Source: Deltaproteobacteria bacterium (GTDB lineage Bacteria > Desulfobacterota > DSM-4660 > Desulfatiglandales > HGW-15). Taken from it: a stretch of DNA of 64,000 bases. The notes below the pieces were generated by a model. It was given only the letters and a program-made list of their open reading frames with translations, was not told the DNA's origin and made no database searches. How positions within the stretch are numbered: the stretch's first letter is position 1; each line of letters starts with the position of its first letter. Positions 7,676 to 16,291 of the stretch are shown here, in pieces. Made by a program: the position numbers and the translations under genes. The stretch spans positions 28,124 through 92,123 of the forward strand of contig JAFDEF010000002.1 in assembly GCA_019310485.1 (NCBI GenBank), in the 5' to 3' direction.

Positions 7676-9856
7676 CTATTTGGCCACCTCTTTTGTCACT
7701 TCGCAAACAACCTCCTTAAAAGGAGGAAACCCTGAGATCGGATCAAATTGCCTGGGAATCAATTCGTTCACGTTCGCTTTCGCCCATCCGTGCATTATCC
7801 CTACAATCCCGGGCGGCACCATGATGGTTGGCTTCGCTTTCACGCGTATCTGCCCCCACGCAGTCTTGAGAATAACGTCATCTCCCGCGTAAATACCCCT
7901 TTTTTTGGCATCCTCAGGATTTATCGTGAGAAGAGGCTCCCTTTGAAGCTCCAGCAACCAGGGAGAATCCTCTCGCCATTTGCTATGTGTAATATAAGGA
8001 ATTCTGGACCCTGATATCAAAATGAGGGGATATTCCTTGCTTGTTGCCATGGGCTCTTTGTACTCAGGCAGCGCAGGATAACCATGCTTTTCCAGCCTTG
8101 TGGATAAAGCTTCAATTTTCCCCGAAGGTGTCATAAACCCCGGCTTACCATCCGGTCTCATTTCACCTGTTTCATACTTGCGGTATTTCTCCGGGCCCTT
8201 GGGCGGAACAGTTATCCCCTGCTCCTGGTTCTTTCTCAAGTCTTCATAACTAAGGCCCCACATACCAAGGATATCATTGCAGGCTGCTTCCACATCTCCA
8301 TTGAAAAAGAGATCCTTGTACCCCAGCCGCACTCCTATATCCAGGGCTATCTTCCAGTCTTCTTTGCACTCTCCGAGTGGTTTTACAGGCGTGCGGCCAA
8401 ATATCTGGCGCTTGAAAAAAGCAAAGGGAGCAAGCCTTTCATAGCACATGGCAGCGGGCAGCACCAGGTCAATGTAGTGGTGGGTCCAGGGTCGGTAGAA
8501 ATAATCCACCGCCATCGAGAACTCCAGGCCCGCAATTGCCTGCTGGTACTCATGAGACTGAGGCCAAATCATGGTGTTGAAACCCCAACCCAGAAAAGCC
8601 TTGATCTTTCCCTCCTTTATCCACTCGACAAGGTGATTGGTCTGCACTTCCCAGAATATTTCGGCCCAGACCGGGAAGACTTCTCTATCAAGTCGGTGAC
8701 CTTTCATTTCAGTCATCTTGTCCCGCATGGAAAATTTCGGCGGCCCATCAAACCACGGGGCCATTTCTTCAAGCGGTTCCGTGGGCTTTAAAATACCCCC
8801 CGGTACATCAATGTAACCGCATATTGCAGGCAACAGTAATATCCCGCGATGATTATTCGTGGCATTCAAATCATGGGTCGTCCCCTGCGCGCCTGTCTTA
8901 AAGCCCCCGGGGCCATGGGTGGCATAAAGGCGTGCTGCATCAATAATTTTTTTTGCAGGCACCCATGTAATTTTCTCAACCCTTTCCGGGGGAAACTCAC
9001 TGACATAACTCTTTAGTTCATCTATTCCATGAATCCATTTTTCACAGAATTCTTTATCCTCGAGATTTTCCTTGAAGATAACGTGCATCATGCCTGCAGC
9101 AAGGGCTGCAGTGGTGGCCGGACGGGGCTGCAAGTGAATGGCGGCCAGTGTTCCGGCCGTCGGGGTATTCCTGGGGTCGACCACAATAAACTTTACGCCT
9201 CGTTCCTTGGCATCCATGAAATGGCCGTGGCACATGAAGGGCGAGCCGGAATAAGCCAGATTAGTGCCCCAGATAAGCATAACCCTTGTTTCCTCGGCAG
9301 GTAGATCTCCCATGGTCGGGAACCCATATGTGAGCATCTCAGCCAGTTGAGCGCCCCTGCGGCAGGCAGTAGAACTCTCGCAACCGTAATTTACGGATCC
9401 GTAAACCGCAGCAAGGCGCTGGACCGCTGCCCGAGGCTCCTTGGGATCGCCCACATAAAAAAACGCTGCGTGAGGGCCATAGGCTTCCTTTATTCGATTC
9501 AGATGACCCACGATCATGTCGTAGGCCTCATCCCAGGAAATCCTCTCGTAGCCGGGATCAGGAGCTCCCTTTGGATTGGTTCGTTTCATCGGGAACCTGA
9601 GACGTTTTGGATGGTAGAGACGCTGTAGAGTTGCATAAGCTTTTGAGCAGATGGGAGCTGCCGGAAATCCTGGCCAGGACTCTATCCTGGTTACCACATT
9701 GCCCTTCTTGTAAAATTTTATTCCACAAAAAGGCACTTCATTACATCCGTCGCAAAAGGTATACCCCACTTCGTCGTTTTCTTTTTGAGCCAGTGAAGTC
9801 CGTTTCGGGTTACCGGAAACGGGTGTATCGCCTCGTAAATCCCATTTGCCAGCCAT
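7676..9856 (-). CDS. molybdopterin (Mo/W-bisPGD) oxidoreductase catalytic subunit; cytoplasmic, no twin-arginine signal
   Basis: About 726 aa. N-terminal FeS motif C-x2-C-x5-C...C (FCDGCNEVPFCG...PICSKAY), candidate metal-ligand Cys in ESSTACRRG, and a C-terminal dinucleotide-binding beta-barrel region. ATG at 9856 has a GAGGGGG RBS. Confidence 0.85.
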   Translation of the reverse strand: MAGKWDLRGDTPVSGNPKRTSLAQKENDEVGYTFCDGCNEVPFCGIKFYKKGNVVTRIESWPGFPAAPICSKAYATLQRLYHPKRLRFPMKRTNPKGAPDPGYERISWDEAYDMIVGHLNRIKEAYGPHAAFFYVGDPKEPRAAVQRLAAVYGSVNYGCESSTACRRGAQLAEMLTYGFPTMGDLPAEETRVMLIWGTNLAYSGSPFMCHGHFMDAKERGVKFIVVDPRNTPTAGTLAAIHLQPRPATTAALAAGMMHVIFKENLEDKEFCEKWIHGIDELKSYVSEFPPERVEKITWVPAKKIIDAARLYATHGPGGFKTGAQGTTHDLNATNNHRGILLLPAICGYIDVPGGILKPTEPLEEMAPWFDGPPKFSMRDKMTEMKGHRLDREVFPVWAEIFWEVQTNHLVEWIKEGKIKAFLGWGFNTMIWPQSHEYQQAIAGLEFSMAVDYFYRPWTHHYIDLVLPAAMCYERLAPFAFFKRQIFGRTPVKPLGECKEDWKIALDIGVRLGYKDLFFNGDVEAACNDILGMWGLSYEDLRKNQEQGITVPPKGPEKYRKYETGEMRPDGKPGFMTPSGKIEALSTRLEKHGYPALPEYKEPMATSKEYPLILISGSRIPYITHSKWREDSPWLLELQREPLLTINPEDAKKRGIYAGDDVILKTAWGQIRVKAKPTIMVPPGIVGIMHGWAKANVNELIPRQFDPISGFPPFKEVVCEVTKEVAK

Positions 9857-10082
9857 TATCAATGCCCCCTCACAAACTATCGTGTCGTCTTATTTCTTGT
9901 TTGCCCTCGGTCTATCTTTTCTTCATTCCAAGAGTCAGGTCTGATTGAAAGCATCATGGTGCTTTTGCAAACCTTAAATCAAACCGAATTCCTGCTTGAC
10001 ACAAAAACCACTTCCAACCTATTGTCTGTTTGACAAAAAGCTCTATAGCTCAAGAAGAACAGGAAGGCAAGAACAGATTACT

Positions 10083-10586
10083 ATGAAAAGAATAACTGTA
10101 TTCACGGGAAACGGAGCCGGAAAAACAACCGCCGCACTCGGCCGTGCTCTAAGAGCAGCCGGACACGGCTATAAAGTAGTATTTATCCAGTTCATGAAGG
10201 GAAGGAAAAGCGGAGAGCACAAAGTCAAAATCCCAAACCTGACCTTCTACCAGTTCGGGAGAGAAGAATTCGTTAAGCTGGGCAGCCCAACAGAAAAAGA
10301 CAGGGAACTGGCAAGAAAGGGGCTCGAACATGCAAGAAATTTTTTAAAGGGCGGAGTTTTCATGCTTGTTCTTGACGAAGCCATAACCGCGGTAAATTAC
10401 CAATTGCTCACCTTAAATGAGATAACCAGTTTTCTAGAGCTTGTTCCCGAAGGAATGGCTGTTATACTAACAGGCAGGAACGTGCCCAATGAAATTCTCG
10501 ATGCTGCCGACCTGGTCACAGAGATGAAAAAGGTGAAACATCCCTTTGACCGTGGCGAAGATGCTGTTGAGGGATGTGAATACTGA
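10083..10586 (+). CDS. cobO: cob(I)yrinic acid a,c-diamide / cob(I)alamin adenosyltransferase (CobO/BtuR type)
   Basis: P-loop FTGNGAGKTTAALGRALRAAGHG, FIQFMKG and VLDE motifs. ATG at 10083. Confidence 0.8.
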   Translation: MKRITVFTGNGAGKTTAALGRALRAAGHGYKVVFIQFMKGRKSGEHKVKIPNLTFYQFGREEFVKLGSPTEKDRELARKGLEHARNFLKGGVFMLVLDEAITAVNYQLLTLNEITSFLELVPEGMAVILTGRNVPNEILDAADLVTEMKKVKHPFDRGEDAVEGCEY

Positions 10587-10637
10587 GAAGCCCTACTAAC
10601 GCAGACAGCATCAGAAACTCGAGAAAGTGGGAATAAC

Positions 10638-10883
10638 ATGGCCTACACAGTCATAACACGGCTTGAAGACGTCCTAGAAGGTGTTCCAAAAGATAGAACA
10701 CCGATTGGGCCTCTGGTGGGAGGATGGGTTTCAAAAAACTTCTCCGACTTTCTTGTATCTAAAACAGCACAGGGTGCCCAGCTCATTGCCAAGGCGCAAA
10801 TCAGGGCGATGGAGATAGTTGGCTATAATGCGTTTTTTGCTTACGCCGATGCTCTTTATGTGCCGAAGGAGGATACCGGTTAA
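10638..10883 (+). pseudogene. N-terminal ~80-aa fragment of a URO-D-fold (MtaA/CmuA-like) corrinoid methyltransferase
   Basis: The 81-aa ORF (RLEDVLEGVPKDRTPIGPLVGG...AQIRAMEIVGYNAFFAYADALYV) resembles only the first quarter of ~340-aa MtaA-type enzymes. It stops at the start codon of the next gene. Confidence 0.45.
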
Positions 10884-12940
10884 TGGGAAAAGATAAGGCG
10901 ATGGTGATATTTCAGCCCTCCGGACGAAGAGGTGAAGTTCCGAAGGGTATTACCCTAATTGAAGCCTCAAGGCTCCTGGGGGTGGACATAGAAAGCCTTT
11001 GCGGCGAAAAAAAAGTATGTGGCAAATGTAAAGTCAGGGTTGAAGAAGGCAACTTCGAAAAATTTCATGTTCACTCAAGCAAAACGCATGTAAGTCCGTG
11101 GCTAGAAGAAGAGGGAAAATTTATCAGCCCACAGGAAAGGGAGCAGGGACTCCGATTGGGCTGTGCTGCGAAAGTGGAGGGAGATTTATTGGTCTTTGTC
11201 CCGGAAGAATCTAGGGCCGGAAAACAGGTGGTAAGCAAAGCACCCCGTGATATCCACATAAAGCATGATCCTGCCGTGAAACTCTACCACGTGAAACTTG
11301 AAAAACCCTCATTTGAAGACCCCACAGGCGATTTTGAGAGGGTTGCCAGGGAGCTGGAGAAAAGTTATGGCCTGAAGAACCTTCGTATTGACCTCCACGC
11401 CCTGAGGCAATTGCCGGAAGCATTAAGACAAGCTGAGTGGGAAGTGACCGTAAGCGTCTGGATGGACCGGGAAATCATCCGGGTGCGGCCGGGTAAGGTT
11501 AAAGATCATTACGGCATCGCAATAGATGTTGGCACCACGACCATAGCAGGTTACCTTTGTAACCTTCAAACAATGGAGGTCATTGACACAATCTCCCTTA
11601 TGAATCCCCAGTGCAAGTACGGCGAAGACGTGATGGCGCGTATCACCTACCAGATGACAAATCCTGGTGGCCTTAAGCGAATGAGCGATGATGTTATAGA
11701 AGGCCTCAACTGGCTCGTGGAAGAAGCAGTCAAGGGTACCCATCCACCAAAGAAAAAAGTGAAAGCCAGTGAAGAAAAAGAAAAAAAAGAAGAGTGGATC
11801 GAGGAACCTGAAAAGGGAAAGGAATACCTTCGCCTTGCTAGAGAAGACATAGAGGACATCACCCTTGGCGGCAATACCGCGATGCACCACATCTTGCTTC
11901 AACTTAATCCGGAGTACGTTGGCCTTGCTCCCTTCCCGCCTGTTATTCACCACAGCCTTGATATCAAGGCAAGGGACCTGGGCCTCAGGATCAATCCATC
12001 TTCCTATGTATTCGTGCTTCCAAATGAAGCAGGATTCGTGGGCGCAGATAACGTTGGGGTGCTGATCACTGAGGAGCCTTACAAATCAGATGAAACCCAG
12101 CTTATTATCGACATCGGTACAAACGGAGAACTTGTCCTTGGAAACAAAGATAAGCTCATCTCCTCATCCTGTGCCACAGGGCCGGCATTTGAAGGTGCTC
12201 AAATACAGTTTGGGATGAGAGCAGCTCCCGGAGCAATTGAGCGCATCAAGATTGACCCCGACACGCACGAGGTGGATTACAAGGTAATCGGTCGTGAAGC
12301 ATGGAGAAGTTACTCCAGGCCGGAGGAAATGAAGACAAAGGGCATTTGCGGCTCTGGGATTCTGGATGTTTTAGCTGAACTTTACAGGGCTGGCATCATC
12401 ACCAAGACAGGCGCCTTCAACAAGAAGCAGAAATCCAAGCGCTTTCGCAGAAACCCTGAAACCAACCAGCCTGAATTCGTTCTGGCCTGGGCTGAAGAAT
12501 CAAGCATCGGCAAAGATATCGTGATAACGCAAAAAGATGTCCGCCAGATACAGCTTGCAAAGGGAGCACTTTATGCGGGCTGCAAGCTCATGATGCGCCG
12601 ACTGGGCATTGATAAAGTGGATAAGGTTAAAATAGCCGGAGCGTTCGGCACTCACGTGGACAGGGAAAAAGCCCTTATCATGGGCCTGTTTCCCGATTGT
12701 GAGCTCGAAAAGATCATCTCCATTGGCAATGCCGCAGGAGATGGATGCAGGGCCGCGCTCCTTAACCGCGAAAAAAGAGACGAGGCCAACTGGGTATCCC
12801 GCAATGTGGAATATATAGAGCTGACTGTTGAAGGGGACTTTCAAAAAGAATTCATGGGGGCTATGCACATCCCTCATATGAAGGATGAGTTTTCCCATCT
12901 TGAAGGACTTGTAAGCCCGGAGATCCTCCACGAAAACTGA
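10883..12940 (+). CDS. reductive activator of corrinoid proteins (RACo-type: plant-type 2Fe-2S ferredoxin domain + ASKHA ATPase domain)
   Basis: 685 aa. N-terminal 2Fe-2S motif (CGEKKVCGKCKV...LGCA). The ASKHA domain begins DVGTTTIAGYL and includes DIGTNGE and GNAAGDG. Confidence 0.8.
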   Translation: MGKDKAMVIFQPSGRRGEVPKGITLIEASRLLGVDIESLCGEKKVCGKCKVRVEEGNFEKFHVHSSKTHVSPWLEEEGKFISPQEREQGLRLGCAAKVEGDLLVFVPEESRAGKQVVSKAPRDIHIKHDPAVKLYHVKLEKPSFEDPTGDFERVARELEKSYGLKNLRIDLHALRQLPEALRQAEWEVTVSVWMDREIIRVRPGKVKDHYGIAIDVGTTTIAGYLCNLQTMEVIDTISLMNPQCKYGEDVMARITYQMTNPGGLKRMSDDVIEGLNWLVEEAVKGTHPPKKKVKASEEKEKKEEWIEEPEKGKEYLRLAREDIEDITLGGNTAMHHILLQLNPEYVGLAPFPPVIHHSLDIKARDLGLRINPSSYVFVLPNEAGFVGADNVGVLITEEPYKSDETQLIIDIGTNGELVLGNKDKLISSSCATGPAFEGAQIQFGMRAAPGAIERIKIDPDTHEVDYKVIGREAWRSYSRPEEMKTKGICGSGILDVLAELYRAGIITKTGAFNKKQKSKRFRRNPETNQPEFVLAWAEESSIGKDIVITQKDVRQIQLAKGALYAGCKLMMRRLGIDKVDKVKIAGAFGTHVDREKALIMGLFPDCELEKIISIGNAAGDGCRAALLNREKRDEANWVSRNVEYIELTVEGDFQKEFMGAMHIPHMKDEFSHLEGLVSPEILHEN

Positions 12941-12956
12941 TGCATGAGGGGTCGAT

Positions 12957-13307
12957 ATGGCGAGCCAACATCAAAGCGAGCTTGTTCAAATTTACGTTGA
13001 AGTTGATCCAGGCATATGTGGGTTTCCATGTACCATAGTGGCCACTGGTACCGACAAAACAAGGGTTTCAGTTGAAATTACTGATTCACGCTGCGAGCAT
13101 GTTCAGAAAATGGCAGGGCTCCTGGACAAGGTAACGTTAAGGGATATTTTCACTCCAATTGGCGAGAATCCCATCTTTAAATGTGCAGCACAGGCCGGCT
13201 GCCACCCTTCCTGCATCGTTCCCCTGGCCACGTTGAAGGCAGTTGAGGCAGCTATGGGCATGGCACTTCCCAGAGAAGTCCGCATAACCTTCAAGCAAAT
13301 ACACTGA
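12957..13307 (+). CDS. small Cys-rich hypothetical protein
   Basis: 116 aa, GAGGGG RBS, several conserved-looking Cys (GICGFPC, SRCEH, KCAAQAGCHPSC). No family recognised with confidence. Confidence 0.45.
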   Translation: MASQHQSELVQIYVEVDPGICGFPCTIVATGTDKTRVSVEITDSRCEHVQKMAGLLDKVTLRDIFTPIGENPIFKCAAQAGCHPSCIVPLATLKAVEAAMGMALPREVRITFKQIH

Positions 13308-13750
13308 TCTCACTCAATGCCTTTTTATCTCTGACGCCGAGCGTCATACACCTATTCCTTCTTTTATTATGTTTCGATAGATTGTCCAACCCCTGGAAGG
13401 ATCCGGTGCGAGGCAAAACTAACGCAGGGCATTCGCCCCGATGTAGTAAACGGCGTCTTCGGCTGGTGATTTCCTGAAAAAGAAACAATACAAAATGGCT
13501 GCCTTGAAACAAATATCAACTGGGTGATGTCCTACGATCCGCCCTGCGACCCTGAGATTGGTATCAACAAAAGCAAAACTGATAACTTGCCTTATTACAA
13601 TTAAGAACAAATTGATAAATGATCTTTGACTGTTTTTGAGGGGGATATAAGTCCTTGTATCCTTCCTTTGTGCCTTACACAATGACACCTATGCTTTGGC
13701 GATCCATAGGATTCCTCCCCATAACTTATCTTGTAGCAGTGGGATAATTC

Positions 13751-15172
13751 TTATTTATCTATGTCAAGGGCTTCTTTTACCGCTTCTTCCTTTGAATTTA
13801 TGTCTGCGAGCATTTGCAAGAATATGATCGCAGCAGCAGGCGAGCCACCGCCGTGTATCCCCCCTAACAGATGTGAGCTCGTTGCCCAGAACTCGATGAA
13901 TTTTATAATCTTAAGCCTCTGCTCGGTAGTGAAGTTCGGGCTTGCCTTCAGGTATTTTTCCACTAATGCACCAATTTCGGGATTTCGCAGATCAAATTCC
14001 GATGGAGCGGTTACCGGAATCCCTCCCGCTATTTCAGCTAGGTTCATTAGAACCTTGTTGAACCCCTCCACACCAATTATTTTCCCCGCATTTGCAATGA
14101 GACGGTTGGACTGCCACGACCCATAATCGTTGAAGCCTTTAGTGGCAGCGCCCACAGCTATCCCATAAGTGGCTTCACATATCCCCACCATCTCTCCTAT
14201 TTTCTGTCTGAGAGCCGGGACCTTCTCAAGGCCGTTGGCCTTAAGCATGAGGCTGGCAGCCCCTATCATTGAGTCAATGAAACCTGCTTTACATGCAGCA
14301 CCAGCACATCTGTGAGATATAGCAAAGTTTGTCAAAACTCCTTGTTCTGCCTTCAGGTCTTCAAACACGAAAACCCTTTCCCATGGGATACAGACATCAT
14401 CAAAGAGAACAGTGCAAGTCAGCCTATCCCCATATTTGCGATTGCCTGCCTCGAAGGATCCGCCTTCTCTTAGCTTTGCCTGATAACCTGTATTTTGGAG
14501 GATATACTTGACCCCTTCGTCTTCAGGGGTCACTGCGAATGCTATAGCAAACTCCTCTTCCCCTTCCTTGAAAGCCTGAGTTGGGAGGACAAAGTTTACA
14601 TCTGCCGCAAAAGCGCCACTCTGGTGAATTTTGGCGCCACTGACCACAATGCCCTCATTCCTTCTTTCCACTACGTGAACATACATGTCCCTCTCTTCTC
14701 TTGGCCTTTTGGACCTATCTCCCTTGGTATCGGTCAGCGCACCAGTGCACGCATAATCCTTTGACTGTATTTCTTTTAGAAATGATAAGAATTTTTTGTG
14801 GTAATCGGTGCCCAATCTTTCGTCTAGCTCTTTTGTCGCCGGATAAATTGAGCAGATGGCATCCGCTCCTGGGCACCTATAGTGACAAGTGCCGGTGCGC
14901 ATACTTAGCTCTCTCTGGAAATCGAGCCTTGCTATAAGATCTCCAGCGTTCGCGTTTACATAGTTGAGCCTATTTACTTTCTCGCCTATGAGGTCAGAGT
15001 GTGGTGAATATTCATCCTTTTTCGAAGCCAGGTCATAGGTAAATGCAATGGCGTTTATAGCCGGGCGGATGTTTGGATGTTCTACAAAGTTTTGGATCTT
15101 GTCTCCTTTAACAAAGATCTCTCTTTTGTAGCCAGAAAGTCTCTCAACATAATCATTTCCCGAAATCAGCAT
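13751..15172 (-). CDS. 4-hydroxybutyryl-CoA dehydratase / vinylacetyl-CoA isomerase family protein (HpaB/AbfD fold)
   Basis: 473 aa. CHYRC (C-x3-C) and HRCAGAAC (H-x6-C) match the [4Fe-4S] ligand pattern of AbfD. Confidence 0.75.
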   Translation of the reverse strand: MLISGNDYVERLSGYKREIFVKGDKIQNFVEHPNIRPAINAIAFTYDLASKKDEYSPHSDLIGEKVNRLNYVNANAGDLIARLDFQRELSMRTGTCHYRCPGADAICSIYPATKELDERLGTDYHKKFLSFLKEIQSKDYACTGALTDTKGDRSKRPREERDMYVHVVERRNEGIVVSGAKIHQSGAFAADVNFVLPTQAFKEGEEEFAIAFAVTPEDEGVKYILQNTGYQAKLREGGSFEAGNRKYGDRLTCTVLFDDVCIPWERVFVFEDLKAEQGVLTNFAISHRCAGAACKAGFIDSMIGAASLMLKANGLEKVPALRQKIGEMVGICEATYGIAVGAATKGFNDYGSWQSNRLIANAGKIIGVEGFNKVLMNLAEIAGGIPVTAPSEFDLRNPEIGALVEKYLKASPNFTTEQRLKIIKFIEFWATSSHLLGGIHGGGSPAAAIIFLQMLADINSKEEAVKEALDIDK

Positions 15173-15240
15173 CCTCCTCCTCCTTTTCTTGCTTAAATAT
15201 GAAAATTTATCTTGCGAAACCCATGGGTGCTACTAATCGA

Positions 15241-15250
15241 TGGTATACCA
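15241..15250. promoter_or_regulatory. perfect palindrome TGGTATACCA upstream of the AbfD-family gene; candidate FadR-subfamily GntR operator
   Basis: 10-bp perfect palindrome 69 nt upstream of the start at 15172. GTATAC-core palindromes recur next to the GntR gene at 24457-24632. Confidence 0.3.
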
Positions 15251-15391
15251 CTGGAACTGGACTTTAGGAAAATTGCGGATTCAAGTCAAACAAAACCCGC
15301 TGGATCTCAATTTTTATAGATCCGCTTATCATAAGATGATGGTATAGGTTGGCCCAAGAGGTCATGTGAAGGGCAAAAAAGCAAATGGACC

Positions 15392-15469
15392 TTATGATAT
15401 CCACCTTTTTCCTCGGAAGGTGTTTATACCCATCTCTTTGGCCATTTTTCGGATATCATTGAATTTCAC
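15392..15469 (-). pseudogene. frameshifted remnant of a small Rho_N/SAP-like protein
   Basis: GAGGGGG RBS followed by GTG, encoding VKFNDIRKMAKEMGINTFRGKRWIS*. Shifting one base in the A-run gives ...GKKVDIIRSI, which continues the typical MK.NDIR..AK.MGI....KK.D.IR.IQ pattern. Confidence 0.3.
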
Positions 15470-15578
15470 ATTGCACCCCCTCGCTTGATGAAACGGCTGG
15501 CAGGTATTTACTTTGGCGTCGGCTTGGATACCTATGATCAATTATGAACCAGTGTTTCGCCGGGTCAAGGGTGGAGCC

Positions 15579-15710
15579 CCACGGGCAAGCCCGTGGCACC
15601 ACTTAGTATCGCCGAATTGCTTCGCAATCGGCGGGACTTAGTGGTACGACATCCCGCCCGCCCTTAACCGCATTCATCCACGGCTAAAGCCGTGGCTTTC
15701 TGCGGGCGGG
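15579..15710. other. GC-rich element of three consecutive stem-loops; unknown class (REP-like, IS-end-like or ncRNA)
   Basis: Hairpins: CCACGGGC-AA-GCCCGTGG (15579-15596); a nested imperfect stem ACCACTTAGT...CGCCGAATTGC-TTC-GCAATCGGCG...ACTTAGTGGT (15597-15650); and CCCGCCCGC...CCACGGC-TAAA-GCCGTGG...GCGGGCGGG (15652-15710). It overlaps the stop of the truncated MtaA-like ORF. Confidence 0.5.
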
Positions 15711-16189
15711 GTAAAGGGAGACCGAGACACAAAAGTAACGGGCAGACCGTATTCATTCTGAAGCTTGGCAAGCGCCGTGGCTTTGAGCAATCGATCTGAT
15801 GCCATGGGCTTGGGCACCACCAATTTCTCCACATCCTCTTCGTTTTCCACCGGATATCTCGTGATCACCATAGCTCCCTCGAATTCGCTTCCGGGGAGTC
15901 TAACCTCGCCCCCAAAGTCTGCCGCCCCAAGAACGGTATGAGGGCAATTCTGAGGGATAGAATCCCAGCCAAACTGTTCCGCTGTCCATAAAAAGGCATT
16001 AAAATAGGTTTCAGGATTGCGGTAGCCGTCGGCCACGGGGCGCCCAATATTCCTGCATACAAAACCCACACTGATCATGTTAATAGGTACGCGATCTGGT
16101 TTTTCGTATCGAAACAGGGTCTGTATTCTCTCCATGGGACTCATCCGATCTTGCCTAAGTTGCATTAGAAGCAGTGCCTCCTTGCTCAA
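15674..16189 (-). pseudogene. N-terminal half of a URO-D-fold (MtaA-like) methyltransferase, truncated
   Basis: The 171-aa ORF (MSPMERIQTLFRYEKPDRVPINMISVGF...) covers about half of a normal ~340-aa enzyme. Its last codons (..ESHGFSRG*) are encoded by the hairpin element. Confidence 0.55.
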
Positions 16190-16291
16190 GCCGTTCCAGG
16201 CCCAGGGTCAACTCCTAGACCCTTATGGGCCCAGAACACTTCTTCTCACCCCGGTATTTACCGCTACCCAGAAGAGTTGACACGGTAGCGA

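Noticed and set aside
9863-10082. I looked for a cobalamin riboswitch upstream of cobO and for a sigma54 promoter (TGGTGCTTTTGCA).
   Set aside because: There is no B12-box-like GCCACTG core or conserved riboswitch stems. The GG...GC spacing of the sigma54-like string is wrong (9 instead of 12).
13419-13688. 89-aa minus-strand ORF (..FVDTNLRVAGRIVGHHPVDICFK..), faintly reminiscent of the C-terminal tail of IS1380/IS4-type transposases.
   Set aside because: The resemblance rests on a short ..AGRIV.H.. string only. I cannot support a mobile-element call without a database search.
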